From positions 224,001 through 288,000 of the forward strand of contig CAVXGR010000015.1 of NCBI GenBank assembly GCA_963761335.1: DNA of 64,000 bases, given 5' to 3'. This DNA is from an uncultured delta proteobacterium (GTDB lineage Bacteria > Desulfobacterota > Binatia > HRBIN30 > BPIQ01). Of the stretch, positions 58,374 through 64,000 are shown in pieces. Under the pieces are notes generated by a model. That model worked only from the letters and a program-made list of their open reading frames with translations, did not search any database and was not told the origin of the DNA. The position numbers were made by a program, and so were the translations under genes. Each line of letters starts with the position of its first letter. Positions within the stretch are counted from its first letter, which is position 1.

Positions 58374-60167
58374 GTGCGCCGTCTCACCAAGTATCTCCTG
58401 CGCTACCGCTGGCGGTATGTCGCTGGAGGCCTATGTCTGGTCGCCACCGCGTCGCTGGCGATGCTGGTCCCGTATCTTCTCAAGCGGTCCGTGGATGCCG
58501 TCTCGGCAGGACGTTCCCTGGGCGAGGTGGGCACCTATGCCTCGCTGATCATCGCCGTCGCCCTCGTTCAGGGCGTCGTGCGCACCCTCTCGCGAGTCCT
58601 GGTGTTCAACGCCGGCCGGGACGTCGAGTTCGACCTTCGGAACGATCTCTTCGCGCATCTTCTCAAGCTGCCGCAGGCCTACTACCTCGAGCAGCGCACC
58701 GGCGATCTCATGTCGCGCCTGGTGAACGACGTCAACGCGGTGCGCATGCTCCTCGGGGTCGGCTTCCTGAACCTGCTGAACACCCCGATCTACTACGTCT
58801 ATGCGGTCAGCATCATGCTGAGTCTCGACGTGCGCCTCACCGTGGTGGCTCTGCTGCCGTATCCGTTCCTCCTCTGGGTGGTGAAGCGTTACAGCCGGCA
58901 ACTCATGGAGGGAACCGTCCGCGTGCAGGCGGGCCTGGCGGATCTCAGCAGTCGCGTCCAGGAGAATCTCAGCGGTATCACCGCGATCAAGGCCTACGTC
59001 CGTCAGGAACACGAGGGGCAGAAGTTCGCCGCAGCCAACGACGCCTTCGTCGAGGAGAGTATGCGGCTCGCCGAGGTGCGGGCGCGCATGATGCCGGTGA
59101 TGAAGCTGGCCGCCAGTCTCGGAACCCTGGCAGTGCTCTGGTACGGCGGCATGCACGTCATCGACGGAAAGCTGAGCCTCGGGGACCTCGTCGCCTTCAT
59201 CGGCTACCTCAACCTGCTCGCCTGGCCCACCATGGCCATGGGGTGGATGATCTCCATCGTGCAGCGCGGCCGCGCCGCGATGATGCGCCTCGAGCACATC
59301 TTCGGAGCCGAGGTGACGATTGCCGATCCTCTCCACGACGGCCAGGCGGGGCGTGTTGCCGGTGCCGCGGTCGAGGCGGGTCATGCTCGGGAGGAGGCGC
59401 TGGAGCCATCCGGCGGCGACCTCGAGCTGAGGAACGTGACCTTCGCCTACCCGGTGCGCGACAACGGGCATCCCGTCCTCCGCGATGTCTCGCTGCGCTT
59501 GGGTGACGGCAAGAAGCTCGCCGTGGTCGGCAGAACCGGCAGCGGCAAGTCCACTCTCCTGAGCCTGTTGCCACGCCTGTTCGATGTGACCGACGGCTCC
59601 GTCCGCATCGGGGGCCGCGATGTGCGCGACGTCGGGCTGCAGGCGCTGCGACGCCGACTCGGCGTGGTGCCGCAGGATCCCTTTCTGTTCTCGACGACGA
59701 TCCGCGAGAACATCGCCTTCGCCGTCGATGGGGCGAGTGAGGAACGGATTCGCGCCGCCGCCGAGGCGGCCGGGGTGGCCGACGACATCGAGAGCTTTCC
59801 GGCGGGATACGACACGCTCGTTGGCGAGCGCGGCATCACCCTCTCCGGAGGGCAGCGCCAGCGCCTCAGCCTGGCGCGCGCCCTGTTGACCGACCCCGCG
59901 CTCCTGCTCCTCGACGACGCCCTGTCGAGCGTCGACACGCGCACCGAGCGCCGCATTCTGGCGAGCCTTCGCGAGCTGCGCGCCGCTCGGACCACGGTGA
60001 TGGTGGCGCATCGGATGTCGGCCATCCAGGATGCCGACCTGATCGTCGTCCTCGACGACGGCCGCATCGTCGAGGCCGGAGACCACGCCGAGCTCCTCGG
60101 GCGCGACGGCCTCTACGCCGAGCTTTTCCAGCGGCAGCGGCTGGAAGAGGAGATCGACGAGCTATGA
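58374..60167 (+). CDS. ABC exporter TMD-NBD half (MdlA-like)
   Basis: GRTGSGKST, LSGGQ, LLDDALS. Confidence 0.93.
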   Translation: MRRLTKYLLRYRWRYVAGGLCLVATASLAMLVPYLLKRSVDAVSAGRSLGEVGTYASLIIAVALVQGVVRTLSRVLVFNAGRDVEFDLRNDLFAHLLKLPQAYYLEQRTGDLMSRLVNDVNAVRMLLGVGFLNLLNTPIYYVYAVSIMLSLDVRLTVVALLPYPFLLWVVKRYSRQLMEGTVRVQAGLADLSSRVQENLSGITAIKAYVRQEHEGQKFAAANDAFVEESMRLAEVRARMMPVMKLAASLGTLAVLWYGGMHVIDGKLSLGDLVAFIGYLNLLAWPTMAMGWMISIVQRGRAAMMRLEHIFGAEVTIADPLHDGQAGRVAGAAVEAGHAREEALEPSGGDLELRNVTFAYPVRDNGHPVLRDVSLRLGDGKKLAVVGRTGSGKSTLLSLLPRLFDVTDGSVRIGGRDVRDVGLQALRRRLGVVPQDPFLFSTTIRENIAFAVDGASEERIRAAAEAAGVADDIESFPAGYDTLVGERGITLSGGQRQRLSLARALLTDPALLLLDDALSSVDTRTERRILASLRELRAARTTVMVAHRMSAIQDADLIVVLDDGRIVEAGDHAELLGRDGLYAELFQRQRLEEEIDEL

Positions 60168-61993
60168 GCACGGCTCGGGTTCCCGCCGGCGGCGATCTCC
60201 AGCGTGAGGAGGAGCTGGGGAAGGCCTATGACGCCCGCCTGGTGCGCCGGCTGTGGGGCTACATCCGCCCGTACCGCCGCCAATTCATTCTCGCCATGCT
60301 CTGCCTGCCGGCCACCTCGGCGGCGATGCTGACGCAGCCGTACCTGCTGAAGCTCGCCATTGACCGCTACATGGCGGCGCATGACCGCGCCGGTCTGACC
60401 GGAATGGCGGCGATCTACGGCGCCGCCATGGTGGCCGAGTTCGTCTTCCTCTACCTGCAGTACTATCTCACCATGGTGGTGGCGCAGAAGAGCCTCGCCG
60501 ACCTCCGCCAGGCAGTCTTCGACCACGTGCAACGGCTGCCGGTGGCCTACTTTGACCGCAACCCGGTCGGGCGACTGGTGACCCGGATGACCACCGACAT
60601 CGACGTCATCAACGAGATGTTCGCCGCCGGGGCGGTGACCATTCTCATGGACCTGGTCACCCTCGGCGGCATCGTCGTCATCATGCTGGCCATCGACTTC
60701 CGCCTCGCCCTGGTCACCATGTCGCTTCTACCGGTGCTGCTGGTTGCCATCAACTTCTTCCGTCTGAAGGCCCGGCAGACGTACCGTATGGTGCGCGAGC
60801 GCATCGCTCGCATCAACGCCGGGCTGCAGGAGTCGATCTCGGGGATGCGCGTCATCCAGCTCTTCGCGCGGGAAGATCACATGTACGAGCGCTTCGTCGC
60901 GCTCAACGCCGACCATCGCGACGCCACCCATCTCTCCAACATCTACGAGGCCTCTCTCTTCTCGCTGGTGGAGTCGATCAGCTCGATCTCCTTCGCCGTC
61001 ATCATCTGGTACGGCGGCTCGCAGATTCTCGCCGGAGTGCTGGCGCTGGGCACCCTGGTCGCCTTCATCGAGTACATCCAGCGCTTCTTCGTCCCCATTC
61101 GCGACTTCTCGACCAAGTACGCAGTGATGCAGGCGGCGATGGCCTCGGCCGAGCGCGTCTTTCAGCTGCTCGACGCTCCGGTGGAGGAGGAGACCGGCAG
61201 CCGGCAGAGCGGCTCCCCGCCGCGGGGGCGTATCGAGTTCGAGAACGTCTGGTTCGCATACAAAGGGGATGACTTCGTCCTCTCCGACGTCAGCTTCCGC
61301 GTCGAGCCGGGAGAGACGGTCGCCTTCGTCGGCGCTACCGGCGCCGGCAAGACGACGCTGATCAAGCTGCTCAATCGCTTCTACGACGTGCAGCGCGGGC
61401 GCATCCTGGTCGACGGCGTGGACGTGCGCGACTGGCAGCTGGACGCGCTGCGGCGCCGCATCGGCGTGGTCTCGCAGGACGTCTTCCTGTTCTCCGGCAC
61501 CATCTCCGAGAACATCGATCTCGGACAGAACCTGCCTCGCGACCGCCTGGTCGCGGCGGCGCGCGCGGTGAACGTCGACCGCTTCATCTCCGGCCTGCCC
61601 GGGGGCTATGACGAGCCGGTGCGCGAGCGCGGCAACAACCTGTCGACCGGACAGAGACAGCTCATCGCCTTCGCGCGCGCCTTGGCATATGCCCCCGCGA
61701 TTCTGGTGCTCGACGAGGCCACCGCCAGCGTCGACAGCGAAACCGAGATGCTGATCCAGGACGCTCTGCTGAAGCTCTTCCGCGATCGCACCTCACTGGT
61801 GATCGCGCACCGCCTGTCCACCATCGAGGACGCCCACCGGATCATCGTCATGCATCAGGGTCGGGTGCGCGAGACGGGCACGCACCAGTCGCTGCTGCAG
61901 GCCCGCGGACTGTATTACCGCCTGTATCAGCTCCAGTACGCGGCGGCGCCGGCCATCGCCTCGTCATCATCGCCGATGACGGCAGCGAAGTGA
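60164..61993 (+). CDS. ABC exporter TMD-NBD half (MdlB-like)
   Basis: GATGAGKTT, LSTGQ, LDEATA. Confidence 0.93.
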   Translation: MSTARVPAGGDLQREEELGKAYDARLVRRLWGYIRPYRRQFILAMLCLPATSAAMLTQPYLLKLAIDRYMAAHDRAGLTGMAAIYGAAMVAEFVFLYLQYYLTMVVAQKSLADLRQAVFDHVQRLPVAYFDRNPVGRLVTRMTTDIDVINEMFAAGAVTILMDLVTLGGIVVIMLAIDFRLALVTMSLLPVLLVAINFFRLKARQTYRMVRERIARINAGLQESISGMRVIQLFAREDHMYERFVALNADHRDATHLSNIYEASLFSLVESISSISFAVIIWYGGSQILAGVLALGTLVAFIEYIQRFFVPIRDFSTKYAVMQAAMASAERVFQLLDAPVEEETGSRQSGSPPRGRIEFENVWFAYKGDDFVLSDVSFRVEPGETVAFVGATGAGKTTLIKLLNRFYDVQRGRILVDGVDVRDWQLDALRRRIGVVSQDVFLFSGTISENIDLGQNLPRDRLVAAARAVNVDRFISGLPGGYDEPVRERGNNLSTGQRQLIAFARALAYAPAILVLDEATASVDSETEMLIQDALLKLFRDRTSLVIAHRLSTIEDAHRIIVMHQGRVRETGTHQSLLQARGLYYRLYQLQYAAAPAIASSSSPMTAAK

Positions 61994-63120
61994 ATCGGGG
62001 CGCTGCGCAGCGGCGCCCCTGGACGGTGGGCCTGCTGGTCGCGGGGCTGCTGTCGCTGGCGGGATGCTCGCCGGTGTACGTCATGCGCGCCGGCTTCGAA
62101 GAGGCCAAGATCCTCTGGAGGCGCCAGCCGATCCCGTCGGTGCTGCAGCAGCCGGCGCTGGCTCCCGATACGCGCGCCAAGCTGGAGCTGGTGCTCTCGG
62201 TGCGCGAGTTCGCCGCGCAGATCGGGCTGCGGGTCGGCGGCAGCTACGGCAGCTTCGCGACCATCGATTCCAATCAGGTGGTGTACGTGGTCTCTGCCGC
62301 CCCGAAGCTGCGCCTCGAGCCGCATACGTGGTGGTTTCCGATCGTCGGCAGCGTTCCCTACAAGGGCTTCTTCGACGAAGGCGCCGCTCGGCGGCAGGCG
62401 GAGGAGCTGCAGCAAGAGGGGCTCGACACCATCGTCTTCCCCTCGATCGCCTTCAGCACTCTCGGCTGGTTCGACGACCCTCTGCTCTCCAACCTGCTGC
62501 GCTACGACCCGGTGGTGCTCGCCGGCGTGGTCATCCACGAGCTGCTGCACAACACCTTCTACGCGCCCGGCGAGGTGGCCTTCAATGAATCGTTCGCCAA
62601 CTTCGTCGGTTACCGCGGCGCGGCCGAATACTTTGCGCAGCGCGACGGGGGCGACGCAGCGACCGCGCGCCGCGCCCTGGAGATCTGGCGGGACGCGGAG
62701 ACGATGTCGCGATTTCTCGGCGACCTCGTCGATCGCCTCAGAGCCGCCTACGACGCCGGGATATCCGTCGACGAACGCGAGGTGCTCTTCGACGAGGCGC
62801 AGGCGCGCTTTGCCGCGATTTCCTTCCAGACCGACGAGCACGTCGATTTTGCCCAGCTGCGCCTGAACAACGCGGTGATCCTCCACCTGCTCGCCTATCA
62901 CGAGCACCTGCCACTCTTCGATCGCATGTACGAGGCGTGCGGCGCCGATCTCCGGCGAGCCGTGACGCGCATCATCGAGGCGGCGCGCGGCAGTGACGAC
63001 CCCTTCGAGAGCTTGCGGCAAGCCGTGGACGAGGGCTGCGGCGATGCCGGCGCCGGCGGCACCGCGCCGCTCACACCTCGAGCTGCTCGAGGCGGCGCAG
63101 TCCCCGGCGCATGGGGATGA
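61990..63120 (+). CDS. putative Zn aminopeptidase lipoprotein
   Basis: LAGC lipobox; W.FPIVG.VPYKG.F; STLGWFDDP; IHELLH; FNESFA. Confidence 0.88.
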   Translation: MNRGAAQRRPWTVGLLVAGLLSLAGCSPVYVMRAGFEEAKILWRRQPIPSVLQQPALAPDTRAKLELVLSVREFAAQIGLRVGGSYGSFATIDSNQVVYVVSAAPKLRLEPHTWWFPIVGSVPYKGFFDEGAARRQAEELQQEGLDTIVFPSIAFSTLGWFDDPLLSNLLRYDPVVLAGVVIHELLHNTFYAPGEVAFNESFANFVGYRGAAEYFAQRDGGDAATARRALEIWRDAETMSRFLGDLVDRLRAAYDAGISVDEREVLFDEAQARFAAISFQTDEHVDFAQLRLNNAVILHLLAYHEHLPLFDRMYEACGADLRRAVTRIIEAARGSDDPFESLRQAVDEGCGDAGAGGTAPLTPRAARGGAVPGAWG

Positions 63121-64000
63121 TGAAGGTGGCGAGGCTCACGGCGACGACCGCGGCCAGCGACGCGACCACGCCGGCCCACCCGGATGGCGACAGCGGTTGG
63201 CCGCTCAGGTGGCTGGCGAAGAGCACGTAGACCGGCCAGGCTTCGAGCACGACGACGAGGCCGATGAAGGACATGCACAGCACCATGTAGATCAGACCGC
63301 CCGGCCCGGCGGCGACCTTGGTGGCGTTGTCGGCGTCGAAGCGGGGATAGGTCACTCCCACCGCCAGGCCGAGACTGACGATGCCGAACATCATCAGGAA
63401 CAGCGTCACGGTGGAGAGCCACATCATCACCGGCATCACCCGCAGGTAGCTGTTGGTGAGGATCACCAGAGCCTCGCCCAGGGTCAGCAGCGGCAGCAGG
63501 CCGGCCCAGAACTTCGTCCACCAGACGCGCCGTAGCCGCAGCGGCGCCGTCTTCAGGATCCAGAAGGCCCTTCCTTCCAGACTGATCGACGGAAAGACGA
63601 AGCGCACCGCCACCGCCGCGGTGACGAATCCGGCGAGCGCCAGGTTGACGAAGGCGATCACGTTCTTGAAGTAGAAGGTGACCAGCGGGCTGCCTTTGAT
63701 CGGCAGAACGCTGAAGTTGTAGACGTAGACCACGACCAGCGCCAGGAGCAGGATGAGCTGCGACCACTGACTGGTATCGCGGAAGAACGTCTTCACCTCC
63801 TTGCCCACCAGCAATCGCGTGTGCGGCGACAGAGGCCGGGTGATCAGCGCCAGGGCGCGCTCCCACAGAGGTCCGCGGGTGAGGCGGGCGCGCCGGCCCT
63901 CCTGCGCCTTGGTCCAGCCGGAGAGGTACCAGCGCGCCGTGATCGCTTCGGCGGCCATGAAGCCGACGGCGGCCGTGGTCGCCAGCAGCAAGGCGTGGAA
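63071..64000 (-). CDS. putative ABC-2 type permease (5'-truncated by window edge)
   Basis: KEVKTFFRD..QWSQL, RFVFPSISLEG..FWI, multiple TMs. Confidence 0.82.
   Translation of the reverse strand, partial: FHALLLATTAAVGFMAAEAITARWYLSGWTKAQEGRRARLTRGPLWERALALITRPLSPHTRLLVGKEVKTFFRDTSQWSQLILLLALVVVYVYNFSVLPIKGSPLVTFYFKNVIAFVNLALAGFVTAAVAVRFVFPSISLEGRAFWILKTAPLRLRRVWWTKFWAGLLPLLTLGEALVILTNSYLRVMPVMMWLSTVTLFLMMFGIVSLGLAVGVTYPRFDADNATKVAAGPGGLIYMVLCMSFIGLVVVLEAWPVYVLFASHLSGQPLSPSGWAGVVASLAAVVAVSLATFIIPMRRGLRRLEQLEV

Noticed and set aside
58374..61993. Degenerate Walker B (DD) and LSTGQ signature as signs of inactivation
   Set aside because: Normal asymmetric nucleotide sites of heterodimeric ABC exporters
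63071..63120. 50-bp convergent overlap of aminopeptidase and permease
   Set aside because: Low-complexity tail extension, common in high-GC genomes

Overview
64-kb window of a high-GC Gram-negative bacterium. It is deltaproteobacteria-like, and the gene set resembles Candidatus Binatia, but that assignment is inference only. About 58 CDS were called; no rRNA, tRNA, CRISPR array or intact transposase was seen. Core blocks: argS-SPOR-trpEGDCFBA-folC-lptD; an iron locus (fur, cytochrome c/FTR1 permease, bfd, bfr) with two Fur boxes; a heterodimeric ABC exporter; mscL; lipid/acyl-CoA catabolism genes. Most interesting: (1) a tandem pair of paralogous Cys-rich secreted proteins of no recognisable family, with a strong promoter, structured long leader, duplicated RBS and own terminator, divergent from an FG-GAP lipoprotein (candidate surface-layer/envelope system); (2) a pspA operon apparently run by a 2TM-domain histidine kinase and a receiver-type sigma54 activator from its own sigma54 promoter; (3) an orphan CbbQ/CbbO-type chaperone pair with no client nearby; (4) at least five families of intergenic palindromic repeats, including a 70-bp REPIN-like element and a 147-bp tandem array; (5) a decaying DUF6968/DUF6883/DUF4926 islet; (6) three genes that seem to need non-canonical start codons. 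All family calls come from motif recognition by eye, not database searches.
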